This document shows, piece after piece, positions 47,357 through 58,460 of a stretch of 64,000 nucleotides of DNA (position 1 is the stretch's first letter; every line of letters begins with the position of its first letter). The position numbers and the translations under genes were made by a program. The notes beneath the pieces are model-generated. The model saw only the letters and a program-made list of their open reading frames with translations, did no database searches and had not been told where the DNA came from. The DNA is from Enoplolaimus lenunculus. Lineage: Eukaryota. Location: assembly GCA_030248215.1 (NCBI GenBank), contig JASANG010000273.1, positions 682,001 through 746,000 of the forward strand, in the 5' to 3' direction.

Positions 47357-47600
47357 GCAACAAGAACGTCGAGCGACTTCAAACGACGCGACTAATCTTA
47401 CAACTGTGACGACAGCAGCCAGTGCTCCACCGCAATATTTTGAACAAGTTATCTTGAGTTCAAACGAGTTAAATGCCCCTTTCGGGTTACCCTGGTCCAA
47501 TTTTGAACAAGAATATGGACCTCCGCCACCGTACAACCAATATCTGCAGCAGTCACATTCAGTTCCGGGTGCTCCAAATTCGGCTACTTCAAACGATTAA
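17413..47600 (+). CDS. 17-exon type-I transmembrane protein with seven divergent CUB-like modules and PPxY cytoplasmic tail (~1291 aa), whole-gene model
   Basis: join 17413..17482,18951..19221,19638..19771,21116..21440,22696..23006,24470..24680,25509..25648,26590..26944,30658..30794,32037..32262,33148..33314,35849..36269,37520..37638,38005..38302,39901..40037,46260..46490,47278..47600. Total 3876 nt (divisible by 3), all introns GT..AG, phases consistent with no internal stop. Confidence 0.8.
18951..19221 (+). CDS. CUB-like receptor exon 2 (module 1a)
   Basis: TTTCCAG| acceptor, AC|GTAAGT donor, phase 1->2, open frame [12 protein letters not shown]... Confidence 0.75.
19638..19771 (+). CDS. 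CUB-like receptor exon 3 (module 1b)
   Basis: TTTTTAG| ... A|GTATGC, phase 2->1, [29 protein letters not shown]; needed to bridge exons 2 and 4. Confidence 0.7.
19899..20339. mobile_element. TA-flanked Tc1/mariner-type MITE (CTGTAGTGACCCGAATAAG family)
   Basis: TA-CTGTAGTGACCCGAATAAG ... CTTATTAGGGTCAATACAG-TA. Homologs at ~13563-14090, 27114 (partial), 28014-29253, 53813-54179 and 58050-58460. Confidence 0.75.
21116..21440 (+). CDS. CUB-like receptor exon 4 (module 2a)
   Basis: TTCTTACAG| ... CG|GTAAGC, phase 1->2, open frame. Confidence 0.75.
22696..23006 (+). CDS. CUB-like receptor exon 5 (module 2b, contains RRTKR furin-type site)
   Basis: AACAG| ... T|GTAAGT, phase 2->1. Confidence 0.75.
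23126..23371 (-). mobile_element. tRNA-bearing solo-LTR-like element, subfamily B, nested in a TTAGGC-MITE
   Basis: Reverse-complement homolog of 3556-3806, TGT...ACA ends, perfect 5-bp TSD TGCCT. Confidence 0.8.
24470..24680 (+). CDS. CUB-like receptor exon 6 (module 3a)
   Basis: TTTCAG| ... AA|GTAAAT, phase 1->2. Confidence 0.72.
25509..25648 (+). CDS. CUB-like receptor exon 7 (module 3b)
   Basis: TTATTCAG| ... CAG|GTAAAT, phase 2->1, [23 protein letters not shown]... Confidence 0.7.
25716..25937. mobile_element. ~220-bp MITE with GGCCC ends
   Basis: GGCCCGTACTCTCAAATGT ... ACAATTGAAAATATGGGCC. Homologs at ~45449-45645, ~47855-48030 and ~62463-62670. Confidence 0.62.
26590..26944 (+). 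CDS. CUB-like receptor exon 8 (module 4a)
   Basis: TACAG| ... AC|GTAAGT, phase 1->2. [26 protein letters not shown] resembles the CUB N-terminal C..G.I.SP.YP...W signature. Confidence 0.78.
27280..27467 (+). mobile_element. tRNA-bearing solo-LTR-like element, subfamily A, degenerate
   Basis: TGTCGGTATAT...ACA, TSD GGGGT/GGTGT (4 of 5 match), homologous to 2791-2998. Confidence 0.7.
28014..29253. mobile_element. CTGTAGTGACCCG-family MITE whose right TIR is split by a second element (28451-29235)
   Basis: The right TIR CCCCTCTTA|TTCGGG is interrupted by an element with TGCGG...CCGCA ends, GGGTCACGTTTTGTCAC subterminal inverted repeats and a TTA/TGA 3-bp flank. Confidence 0.68.
30658..30794 (+). 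CDS. CUB-like receptor exon 9 (module 4b)
   Basis: GTTTTAG| ... G|GTAAGC, phase 2->1, contains the CUB-like FCGS motif. Confidence 0.7.
31778..32004 (+). mobile_element. tRNA-bearing solo-LTR-like element, subfamily A, 3' end eroded
   Basis: Starts TGTCGGTATATGTGCACG, has the tRNA-like core and GGGGTCGTGCAGACCG motif, and ends ~30 bp before the exon 10 acceptor. Confidence 0.7.
32037..32262 (+). CDS. CUB-like receptor exon 10 (module 5a)
   Basis: TTTTCAG| ... AA|GTAAAT, phase 1->2. GCVDTVNL...[19 protein letters not shown] is the clearest CUB signature. Confidence 0.8.
33148..33314 (+). CDS. CUB-like receptor exon 11 (module 5b)
   Basis: ATTTTAG| ... CAG|GTACAT, phase 2->1, [42 protein letters not shown]. 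This is a different frame from the ORF-track call. Confidence 0.72.
33438..34290 (+). repeat. 84-bp tandem repeat, ~10 near-identical copies, intron 11
   Basis: CAGCCTTGATCC (occasionally variant) recurs every 84 bp from 33451 to 34207; internal inverted repeat AGCTAACA-N6-TGTTAGCT. Confidence 0.95.
35849..36269 (+). CDS. CUB-like receptor exon 12 (module 6a with A5T12 low-complexity insert)
   Basis: TATTTCAG| ... AC|GTGAGT, phase 1->2. Confidence 0.75.
36686..37075 (+). repeat. ~129-bp tandem repeat, 3 copies, intron 12
   Basis: GGTTGATTTCCAGTTCCGAC recurs at about 36686, 36818 and 36947. Confidence 0.93.
37520..37638 (+). CDS. CUB-like receptor exon 13 (module 6b)
   Basis: AATTTTAG| ... 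A|GTAAGT, phase 2->1. Confidence 0.72.
38005..38302 (+). CDS. CUB-like receptor exon 14 (module 7a)
   Basis: TTTACAG| ... GT|GTACGT, phase 1->2. CDQTF...[10 protein letters not shown]...YLIIEYFNF is CUB-like. Confidence 0.75.
38537..39499 (-). mobile_element. Helentron-associated (HINE/DINE-1-like) element, full length, in intron 14
   Basis: Reverse-complement homolog of 6685-7643 including both ends. Confidence 0.75.
39901..40037 (+). CDS. CUB-like receptor exon 15 (module 7b)
   Basis: GTTTTAG| ... A|GTAAAA, phase 2->1. AIITID...[10 protein letters not shown] resembles the terminal CUB strands. Confidence 0.7.
41314..42396. mobile_element. TIR element with 3-bp TCA TSD carrying an AATTCAAATTTTGGCGG satellite, inserted into the 18-bp satellite
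   Basis: TGTCACTCACTCGTTACCATACG / CGTATGGTAACGTGTGAGCGACA ends, host GGTT-TCA|TCA-CCCC. The left junction is tandemly duplicated (219-bp unit, 40952-41390). Confidence 0.7.
41555..42085 (+). repeat. ~19-20-bp minisatellite AATTCAAATTTTGGCGGGAA
   Basis: Directly visible tandem array; a degenerate reverse copy lies at ~28730-28885. Confidence 0.93.
42397..44300 (+). repeat. 18-bp satellite TCACCCCAACGGTTGGTT, ~100 copies, intron 15
   Basis: Directly visible array; each unit contains the quasi-palindrome CCAAC-G-GTTGG. Confidence 0.96.
44494..45333. mobile_element. Foldback-type element with ~165-bp near-perfect terminal inverted repeats
   Basis: 44494-44660 is the reverse complement of ~45168-45333 with few mismatches; no clear TSD. 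Confidence 0.75.
46260..46490 (+). CDS. CUB-like receptor exon 16 (Pro/Asp-rich stalk and transmembrane helix)
   Basis: ATTTTAG| ... A|GTAAGT, phase 1->1. [23 protein letters not shown] is followed by a basic cytoplasmic stretch. Confidence 0.82.
47278..47600 (+). CDS. CUB-like receptor exon 17 (cytoplasmic tail: polyQ, PPQY, PPPPY; stop)
   Basis: ATTTTAG| acceptor in phase 1, open to TAA at 47598-47600. Confidence 0.8.
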
Positions 47601-50600
47601 AACCGGCTGTGATTTTAAATTGTGATAAATTATAAATTTTAATTTTTAAATTTTTTTTTCATCTTTCTAGATCTTACATGTCAAACAATTTCCTTTTTGC
47701 TTGAGCATTTATAAGTACCCTTCGAAATGCAACAGCGGTTGCGTGCTTAGGCCAGACAGAAAATGTTTTTATGTTTCTCTTGCTTTTCTATAACAGTTAT
47801 GAATGTTTTAAGTGGCAACAGTCGACTACAAATGGAGGTGTTCACTTACCCCAGGGCCCATGTTCTCAAACGTGTACGGCAACTATCATCAGTTAGTAAT
47901 AGGTTTTCAAACTCACTAACTATTGCATTTGTTAAGGTCAAAATTGGAAGAGCCGTAGAGCAAATCATATGTGGAAAATGCGCTGAATTTCGTGCCTTAG
48001 TATTCACTGATTCGAAAGCTACAGGACTTTTTTTACCCGCAAATGTCAGATGTTTTAGTCTCGTATGCGAACTTTGCTGTACGAAAAGCAAATCTCTTCC
48101 CTAGCATTAAATTTAGGTTTCGATATGCTCCACTATGAATTTGTTTATTTCATATTTAAATTTTTTTCTAACGTTTTTAATTTTTTATAAGATTGAGACA
48201 ATTTAGGTAGGGCACGTTTAGCTTTATGATTAGAAACTCTTGTTTACTTTTCCTTCACATATAGTTAAAGGATTAGATCTGAAAGGCCTTAGGAAAGGCG
48301 TAAGGCAAACTTTCAACTTTTAGCGGCCAAGTGTTGTGGATGGGCACAAATTTTGTCAATACGAAAGATTTTGTTTAACAGATCAAAAGTATTAATTTTA
48401 ATACAAAGTTTGCGAGGCAAATTTAGCGAATTTGTCTAAGATTAGTTGTAGTCGCGTAGCCGAAATTTTAAGTTAGCGAAAGCGTTTAGCTCCACACTCA
48501 GAAGTTTTCACATTATCCGGCAGACGTCCGCGGGTAAGTATACGTCTGAGGCATGAGGCATATTAAATTTCAATAAAAGCCTCACGCTCCAGAACTCTTA
48601 GCTCTGTATTGGGTGAGCACCTGTCAAACTTTGTTAACCGTTACGGACACCTGAGGGCAACCTTAATATGGACCGGAATTTTTATGGGGGTCATTTAAGT
48701 AGTATTTAGAAGCATATTCGTAAGCCTAGGTCTTAGCCAAAACGTACAAGTGAGGATATACCAAAGCCCACGGCCGGCGTCAAGACAGTCGCCCCCAAAC
48801 AGGTCCGTGGGCGCCCCAATAGAATGTTTTACAACTCTATAACTTCGTGGACAGCGAAAAGATTTTTTAGTTTCCCCAAGCTGGGTCAAGCAATGGTCTG
48901 GCCCCACCAATTGGGGGGTTCGGTGGGCACTTCCGTTGGTACTGCCAAAGCCTAAGCAAAGCAAGTTTCATACTCGGTCACTATGTAGAGGCACAATATT
49001 AATGAATGAATGGAGGGACCGGCCAGTATATATAGGTCAGAATAGAATCCGAGGGCGGCAAGATTTAAAGTATTGCAAGTCATTGATGAAATTATTTAAA
49101 AATATGTACTGAATATGAATTAAAGATTGCTAACAGAAAATAATGTCTGAAATATTTGCGTTTCGGCCAATGTTTGGAACGGTGTCGTATCAGTAGTAAA
49201 ACAATATTCCTAATTCTAAGCCTAAGCCTAAGCTAAGCCTAAGCGTAAGAATGAGCTTATACCTAAGCATAAGCTAAAGCTAAAGCTTAAGCAAAAACAT
49301 AGTCTAAACCTTAAGCTTTTACTACGTTGCTGTCCCGCAGAAAAACGTTCCGCCCCTGACTTTTACATAGGCTTGCATTTCGAAGCCCACTTCGCATTTT
49401 TCTAGAAGCTTTATGGTTCGATTGGATGTATTAAATATGTGAAGCAAAACAAATAACGAGTGGGACAATACTTGAAGCATAACAAGTCATTAAAATGAAA
49501 CTATAAAACGTATTTGCTGTTTCATACAGAAAATTTACAGAAAACAAAGTTTCAAATTAAGCTTTTCGCGTTTTGCATTACAAAGCATACATATAGTTTC
49601 TAGAAGCTTTTGAAAACATTGGACGTAGTGGATCGAAAGAAACAAAACGAAGGCAGTAAAATTTTAAAGCATAGCAAATGATGGACAATGTGTAAAACTG
49701 GGCCGTTGCAGTAGAATAAGCGTATTCCTAAGCCTAAAGCAAAGCGTAAGTCTAAGTGTAAAAATGAGCATAAACCTAAGCCTAAGCCGAAACCTAAGCA
49801 GTTAAATTAGTCTAAGCGTATACTACACTATTGTAGTTCCACAGAACCATGTTCTACCCCTGATCTTTTGGGCGAAAGTCATTAAATAACACTATATTTG
49901 ATGGATATGATCTGAGATAATTAGCAGAAAACAAAGTCTAAAATGATTTTAGTTTTACCTACATTATATTTGTAAAAGATCAACGATTTGGCCTAACAGA
50001 TGAACTAAAACAGCAATACGAGAGCAGATGTGTCGTTTAATTTCAATCTCAATAACTTCTTAACCTTAAAAAGTGATTACGGCATGATTTAAAAAATATT
50101 CTATTAATCTATATATTAAAGCTGGAACGCCCCACATACGTATTTTGGGCAGCGTTCCAGAGTAAGAGTAAACAAGTTTAACAATACAGTATTTTAATTA
50201 ACTATTACTAACGTATGCGCTGCATCTATATTTCAACAATTTCAGCATACCGTTCTAAATTAGAATTTGTGCATCGAGAAAGTACGTTTACATAGCATAT
50301 CCTAACTTTTCCGAGTTCAATGATCAGTTAAAGTTTTAATTCATTGAACATTTAGTATACCAGTGGTCCGTGCAGTGCATTTTATGAGGGTTGCGCATTC
50401 GTGCAACTGTGTTGGCTAAAAGAATTAAATACTCAAATGTTTTGCGACGTAAATGTAATCTATTTTCTTTTTACGTTTCTAAACCTACGTCACACGCTTG
50501 AAACTCTGATATAAATAATGGGCGATGTGGTAGGCGTCACTTGAGTATGAGTATTTCATAATTTAGAATTCATAAAATTTAAAAATACAACGCATAAAAT

Positions 50601-53600
50601 GTTAACATTTGTTTACTTTCGTGGAATTTAAGTATATCCGGAGATAAAAAAGGCTGTTATTAGAGGGAGTCCAACGTATCAGCCTACATGCGAACGTGAC
50701 GTAAATGAAACAATTTTAAATTGTAATCGACGAATCAGTAGGTATGACTAAATTATGAGTAAAGGTTCATAAATTTGAAAGAATACCTGAATGTTTGCCA
50801 ATATTCGAAGAATTTGAAGAATTTATGTATATATAGTTAAAATTAGCTTTATCTGAGGGTGGTCTAAAGAACAAGAAGTGTACATACCGGGATGGACGTA
50901 CATAACAGGTGTATGCAGGGGTGTAAACAATTAAAAGATATCTTTTCCCGAAATATATGGAGAGACAACAGACAGGCTTTTATATCAGTAACCTACTGAG
51001 ACTTAGCGCTCGTTATAGCCTTCCGAAATAAATGTTGGTGGCTACGTCCGTGGAAATCAGTAATGGCTTGTGAATTTGAGAATAGGTGGGTTTCTGTAGT
51101 CAGGAGGAACCCAAACGTGCTTGTTAAGTCCGTAGCTAAGTTATGCTTTCCGGACAAATTTTGGCTTCACTGGCGAATGATGTGAAATTTTTAAACGGCC
51201 AACTTAAACTTTGAGGCCCCAACTCTAGTCCTTAAAGTTTCTGATGTAAAGGTCATAGGGCAAAACGAAATAGACGCTTTGTAGTATACTCGGTATGCCG
51301 GTGATATATATCGCCAACTAAACTCAAGCTAAGACACGGGTGGATGGAAGGAAGTGCATCCAGTCTTAGCTCCGACTAACAAACATCAAAAGCAAAGTTT
51401 TGTATTACGATTTAATGTTGTGTTTGGTCTTCATGATATATCGCGTGCCTCGTGCCAAAAACTTCTGGATCTGTCATTGTTTAAATATTTCATCAGCGAG
51501 ACCAGCAATTGATAAAAAGGTGAAAGCGCGTATAACCAGGAAGGTTTCAGGTGTAAACCCCGCTTCTGAGATTTTTGCACTGCGATCTTTTAGGCACGGT
51601 TACTGTACGCAAAAACTAGAAACTCTAATGCAACTTCCACATTATCTTGCGTAAACCAGGTTGCATTTTCGCTTCAGCACGCAGATACTAGATCTTTTTT
51701 TGCTTTTTTGAATTCAGCTTCTGGGATACTGAAGATTGTTATGGCTTCAGTGTCCAGGAAACTAAAAAGCCAAAAAACTTCGGTGGCCAGGAAACTGAAG
51801 CCAAAAAGTTTCAGTGTTCAGGATCTGAAGCGTTTTCGCTTCAGTGTGTTGGCCGCTGAAGCTTTCCTTGCTTCAGAGTCCACCACGCTATTGCATCAAA
51901 AGTAGCCTGGTGTACGTATGATATTGTGAAAGTTGAATAACTCCTTTCCTCAGTCCTGGCTACTCTAATGAACAGGTGCTATACAGATTTGGGAATACGG
52001 GCATTGGCTGGTGCCCCGCAAATGGACTCGGTCTAATTAAACACTCTGGAATTGCAATTGCTGGGCCCCAAATATAATTTTCTACGGACGCCTCTGTGAC
52101 GGACGTGCCATTTTTCCATACATAATCCCGATAGCGAAACTTAAGCTTTTAAGTTTATTTTGTGCTTAGGCTTGGCCTTAGGATTAGCTCTGGGCTTAGT
52201 CATAGGCCTATATTTACGTTGAGGCTTTGAGGAGGCTAAACTAAACATAGAGCCACAAAATTGAGTTGTTAGTACGCTTTTCTATGACGTTTTCTTGCTG
52301 TCATGCGAAGTTCCTGGTCCGAAAGTACCTATGATAATACCAAATCTATAATTTACCAATGCGAATACGAGATTAATACTTTTTTATGACCTTGTATATC
52401 GTTGGTGCGGCATAGAATATTATGTTTTTGATTTTGAATTTTTATGGCAAGCACTAGCAGATACAACAAGGGGAGTTACCTCAGTCTTATGCTTTCCCAA
52501 CATTGACCAAAAGCAAGATTATATGTTATGAAGGTTTAGCATTAAAATAGCGTTCGGTTTCTCGCTCGGCTTCGTTCGCGAGTTTTTCCACTATTAACTG
52601 CCGTGCACGCATCTCTTCTTTAGACATTTCTCGATCCGTCATCGATGGCAAGTGTTTGACTATGAAAGGATAGTTTACATTCCTATGTTAGTCGCAACGT
52701 CAGGGTCTGTTATTATGGTAACATAAAAAACACAGATGATTAGCCTTTAAAATTTTTTGCCCTGGTTTTTAAAAGCATTATTAATATATCTACGGTTGAG
52801 TGATCTTTCGCAGAACGAACCCATAAAAATTTTGACTTAAAATCAAAAGCAGACAATCACGTTCCAATCAGCTCAAGCTACAAAGCGCATAGGCGTCGTG
52901 CAGATTTGTGCAAAAGGGTTCGAATTGCTCCAGCGTAAATTTGCTAAACTATTTTGTATATGCTTATAACGTGTAATTAAAATTTTTTTAATGCTTTCAA
53001 ACAAACAACATTAATACTACGTTTTGCTCAAAAGCCCAACGCTGCCAAATTTCAACTCACTGTTCAAACGTCGTTTGAGTTTGCTGTTATTCAATTTTGT
53101 CAGATTATTTCTAAATTCATCGAATTCACAATATATTAGTATTGTTTTTAGTTCAAATCATTTTATATCTTGTTCAGTGTATGTCATAATTTTGTATATA
53201 TATTCTGAAAAATTTCACATTTTATTCTAAGGTGTGGGTGATATAGCTTTATCATTCAACTTGTCTCATGTATACGATCTAGAAATAGCTTAGAGTATAA
53301 GCATGGGGCTAAAAAATTTAAATTTTTTTGAACATTTAGATTCAAGTTTAGAGCCATATTTACGTCAACAAGCGGCACTTTTGAATTCTGAGGGTGTTAT
53401 TACATTTTTTGCAAACTGTTCAAATTTTAGATCAAAGAGTCTACAAATAGTTTTAAGCCTACACTGTTGTTATTTTCGACAAAAAGGCTTTGAAATGGGT
53501 ATAAAAGCAACTGCGTCAACCAGCTGAAACTCAAAGTGTTTTCGCGTTGATAGTATTATTATTTTAACGTTGTATTGGTGTACCGTGCCGACTCTTCCTG

Positions 53601-53812
53601 TTTTAATGTTTTAAATTTTGTTTTGTACAGTTTCGATCGTTCAACCAAATTCGGATACATTCGCATTTTAATATTTGAAACAACATAGGTTAGATTTTCC
53701 GCTTATGCTTGTTTATGCGTCATGTGACCCATGTTATGATAAGGAGCGGGACGTTTTCGGTGGGACTGCAATAAAATACGCTTAAGCTTTAAGCAATTTG
53801 TTCTTTGGCTTA

Positions 53813-54179
53813 CTGTAGAGACATGAATAATAGGGAGACTGATATTTATTTGGCGTCTCTAGAGCAGGCCGTAACCAGCCAATTTTACTAGGGGGCTAAA
53901 AATTGCTCAGAAAGGGCATATAAAGTTTTTCAGTAACTTACAAGCAAGGTTGAAAATCTTCTAGGTGAGCCAAAAATTTTCCGTAAGCTTTTAAGTTTTG
54001 AACTCAATTTAATTTGGTCCTAGAGTCATTTATCAGCTACAATTAGGGATAACTGACGTTTATGAACTCTAATTGGGTTTTAGGAACTCTATCCGCTTAC
54101 GGACTCTTATTTATAGGGATACAGACTCCTATTAATGAAGACCCCTCTTATTACCCTTCTCATATTCGGGTCACTACAG
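53813..54179. mobile_element. CTGTAGTGACCCG-family MITE inserted at TA in a TTAGGC-MITE
   Basis: TA-CTGTAG...CTACAG-TA; the host tract GGCTTA|GGC resumes afterwards. Confidence 0.68.
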
Positions 54180-55233
54180 TAGGCAGAGACTTAGGTGTAG
54201 CTCATTCTTAAGCTTAGGCTTAGGCTTAGAAATACATTAGTCCGTTATGTATTAACAAGGGAACCATTTTAGGTTACGCCTGCCTCCATCGCTCACTCCG
54301 GCAGACCGTCTACTTCCGCTTGTGGTTCCGGTTGAATTTTTGCGGAAAGTTTCGACAGTGCAATTTCTGTAGAATTTTTTTCCATTTTCATACAAATTAT
54401 GCACTTCAATGAGAGTAGATTTAGGCCGGCCAACTTTGAATCAGTCGCCGGAATTTTTCGGAAAGTAAGTTTGAAAATTGTTGAAAGTTAAGATTGAGTT
54501 AAAATTTTCAAATTCAACATCATTTTCATTACCTATTTTAGCCTCCATCTTCGGTTGCGATATTTTACAAATAACTTGTGAGCAAGAAAAATACTGCATG
54601 GGTTTTTCATGAAAAGTAAAAACTTTATGCTGAGTCTACACTTTTCCGAAACCTAATCCTAATCATAAGCCTAAAACCGGTGCCTGCAGACGAGCTGTCT
54701 ATCTACAATAGTATTACATTAAAATTTAAAATGCCGTTTTAGCTTGGTTACAAACTACTGTAGTAAAAGTGGTCAAAATTTAAACTGATTGTTTTATCTG
54801 TATATATTCGTGGCATGTTTTCGGCTACAATACAATTATAACCATCGAACTTGAAATTTTTATGAATTCATCCAATATTTTGAGCTATATATTAATTCAT
54901 AATTGAATGACCATGCAAACTAATATATATTTTCGCGGTGGCGGCCGGGAGCGCGTCTGTCACAGTTAAAGTATAGCGCTATCCAAACACTATACATAGC
55001 ATACACTCGATTTTTTCAGTTGCTCGAAATGTCTCAAATTTCATTGTTCGCTGTTGAAATATTAATTGCTTTCAAAAAATCGGTGCAACCAATCAAACCT
55101 TTTTGATTATAGAAACGCAGATTTAATGAATTTACTATGCCTAAGCAAAAAACTTAGTCTAAAGCCTACGTTTTACTCTATTGCAGTCTCACAAAAAACG
55201 TTCCGTTACCGATCTATACATGGGCCCATTTTT

Positions 55234-56097
55234 CCTAGCGGTACAGAGAACTACTTTTAGTATTTAGAGGTGATAGTTTTGGTCCTGTAGACGTTATAGA
55301 CAAACTGGCGCATTCTGGTTATAATGTAGACTTTAATTCGATACAATATAAAAAGCTAATGAAAGTATTAAAGTTGCTATACTTAATGCTTTTAGTGAAA
55401 AATGTGAAACTTTTTGGCAATCATACCACGAAGCGTGTTGCTAACTATATTCACTATTTAAGCTTCGATTTAGATAATAAAATAACGACTGAAACGAACA
55501 ACTGCAACAAAGAATCAATCATTTATCATATAGTAATTGCACCAGTTCCCTCAGATTCTAGATCTGTACCCATCCACCAAATGCCAGACTTTTGAGTACC
55601 AAAAAACCAGAAATAGTTCCCTCTCACACTCGCTACGTGTCCTTGAAATATATGTGCCGAGCACTCAACATTTGCAGCAGCACAATCCTAGCGTACAGAG
55701 AACTACTTTTAGTATTTAGAGGTGATAGTTCTGGTCCTGCAGACGTTATAGACAAACTGGCGCATTCTGGTTATAATGTAGACTTTAATTCGATACAATA
55801 ACAAAGCTAATAAAAGTATTAAAGTTGCTATACTTAATACTTTTAGTGAAAAATGACGAACTTTTTGGCAATCATACCACGAAGCGTGTTGCTAACTATA
55901 TTCACAATTTAAGCTTCGATTTAGATAATAAAATAACGACTGAAACGAACAACTGCAACAAAGAATCAATCATTTATTGCACCAGTTCCCTCAGATTCTA
56001 GATCTGTACCCATCCACCAAATGCCAGACTTTTGAGTACCAAAAAACCAGAAATAGTTCCCGCTCACACTCCCTACGTGTCCTTGAAATATATGTGC
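55234..56097 (+). repeat. ~453-bp direct tandem duplication (2 copies)
   Basis: CCTAGCG(G)TACAGAGAACTACTTTTAG at 55234 and 55687, colinear to GAAATATATGTGC. Confidence 0.9.
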
Positions 56098-57315
56098 AAC
56101 AGCCTTATCCATTGGAAATTTCTGGATCCGCCACTGCCTTATTATATACTTCATCCCGTCAACGTCCACATTGTACTATGTACAAGGTTTGAAAATAAAA
56201 TTTTTTAATTATCAGAACCGTTTTATTTTAAAAATGCAAACAGGAAAGTGACATGTACCATTTAACCTATTGGTAAATTGGAATTTTAAATTCAAACTGC
56301 TCAAGGCATTAAATTTAAAGTGCAAGTTAAATTTTAAATTTTCACTTAGTTAATCTTGCAATATATTGTGTTCACTATTTTAGAAAATAATAAAACTCAT
56401 TTAGTGTTTTATCACTGCTGTTTCTTTCGCTTATTACTGAACTCACTCTGCTCAACTGATATCTGTGCTCAATTATTAATTATTATCCTAATTACAACTT
56501 AAAATTATTCAAAATGGTTCATTCAATTGTAAATTTGTTTGTACCAATAGTACTGCTTTTATCGCGTGTTCAACAAAATACTGCACAGTAAGCTTAAACC
56601 AGCAACATTCTTAAAGTGTGTAGCACGTATCACCCAGTTGGCAATTACTTGGTATGAAACAATCAATCTATCCCAAACAATAAGCCAGAAATTAACAAAG
56701 AACTGGCGTCATTCGCTTGAATTCAGCAAGCTAAATTTTGAACCCAACATTTTAGTAGCCGAAAAATTACAAGACCTGTCGTTAAATGGTAATAGGTGCT
56801 GCAAACAGCTTAGACTGGCGATCAATGGGTGATTTGTCCAAACCTTAGGCTTGAATGTGAAAATCTATAACAGTCCTAATCATGTAAATATTTATGGTCT
56901 ACAGCATCTCCAAACAAAGATCACGCAATCACCCAAATCTTAAAAACACTGCGAAAAAAATATATTTTTCTATCTTGCATAAACCAAACAATGCTATAAG
57001 CTTTTGAACTACACTTTAAACAGCACTAGCTAAGTAATTTTCGTTGGTTTTTGGGAGCAAATCTGCCTTGACTCTTTAACATGGCTTTATAAAATGTAAG
57101 AGCCACATCAGACTTGAGCGTCATATCCCTATGGCTAAGTGGTGCTGGTAAATAGCTACCAACCTAACGGAACGTGCTCGATTCAGAATTTGAAAAATAA
57201 GTTTACTCCAGTCTCCAAAGTCCGCATTATTATAGCTTGAAATTAGATCTCAAATGAAATAGAAGAAATTTTCATTAGTTAAAAGTTAAACACTATATAC
57301 ATTAATGTATTTAAG

Positions 57316-57456
57316 ATTCGATGCAACTCCAATACCAGAAATTATAACAACAATATTAACGTCGTCAACGACAACATCTGAACCAATAACAGTACCAACA
57401 TCAACAACTTCAGCAAAAATAACTACGTTCAATACTGAAATTACAGCTTCGACAAC
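57316..57456 (+). CDS. Orphan gene 3, internal Thr/Ser-rich mucin-like exon
   Basis: TTTAAG| ... AC|GTAATT, 141 nt, phase 2->2, FDATPIPEIITTILTSSTTTSEPITVPTSTTSAKITTFNTEITAST. Upstream exons were not identified. Confidence 0.55.
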
Positions 57457-58049
57457 GTAATTTTAATTCTTTTTTATTTATTTTTATTTTTAATTTTTCG
57501 TAACCAAATTACTTTTGAAATTAAAAAATATTTCGAACCATGTTTGCTTAAACTCTGCGCCACTGATGTTACTTGCGCTCGGGGCACAGGCGATAGCTTT
57601 GACTAAGCTCAGGCTTAGTTGTAGCAAGAGTGGATAATGGATGCTATTAACATATACGTAGAAAAGCATGTACCCAGCCCGTGTTGCTTTTTTTTTGGCC
57701 TTAACTCGTTTTGATCGATTGGCTGCATATTACATTCTATACGTACGCATAATGATCACGAGTTACTTCGTTTATCGTTCTAGAAAGTTAAATATTGTGA
57801 GCAAGACTGTTGAACAACCCCCCTCAATCAGAGGGTCGCCAAAAACACAACATACGGTTACATTTTTACCATTCAAACCGCGTTAGTCGCATACTTTGTT
57901 CATCGTTCTGTATCCGATACTGCTGATAAACTTTAGACTGGCGAATTTAGTGTTGGAAATTACGGATGGTTACTGTAGATGTGCATACATAATGATGCGT
58001 TTTAGAGCATGTACCATCTGTTTCTAAAGGAATTTCTAGATTCATAATA

Positions 58050-58460
58050 CTGTAGTGACCCGAATAAGAGGGGGTAATTAGAGGGGATCGCCATTTTGGG
58101 TCCCCATCAATAGGTGTGCGCATCCCTGATAAAAGTCTGTAAGCGGATACAGTCCCTTAACTCTAACTAGGGTCCGTAAATGTCAATTAATTGTAGAAGT
58201 AGAGTTCGAAGCTTTAAACCGTACATAAGTTTTGAAACTACATTCCTAAGTGTAACTTTGCATTACCTCTCAAGTTATTGACACAAGACAAATAAACGTT
58301 TAATTGAACGGACAGTTGCAGTACCGGACGTATATCAGTAACGAAGGGTGGCGAAGCGGGGGTTAAAAATAAATAATAGACCGTAATCGAATAACAGTGC
58401 TGGGTACCCTCTGGAGAGGTCAAATGAATATCAGTCGCCCTCTTATTCGGGTCATTATAC
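58050..58460. mobile_element. CTGTAGTGACCCG-family MITE
   Basis: TGACCCGAATAAGAGGG / CCCTCTTATTCGGGTCA inverted ends; body homologous to 19899-20339. Confidence 0.7.
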
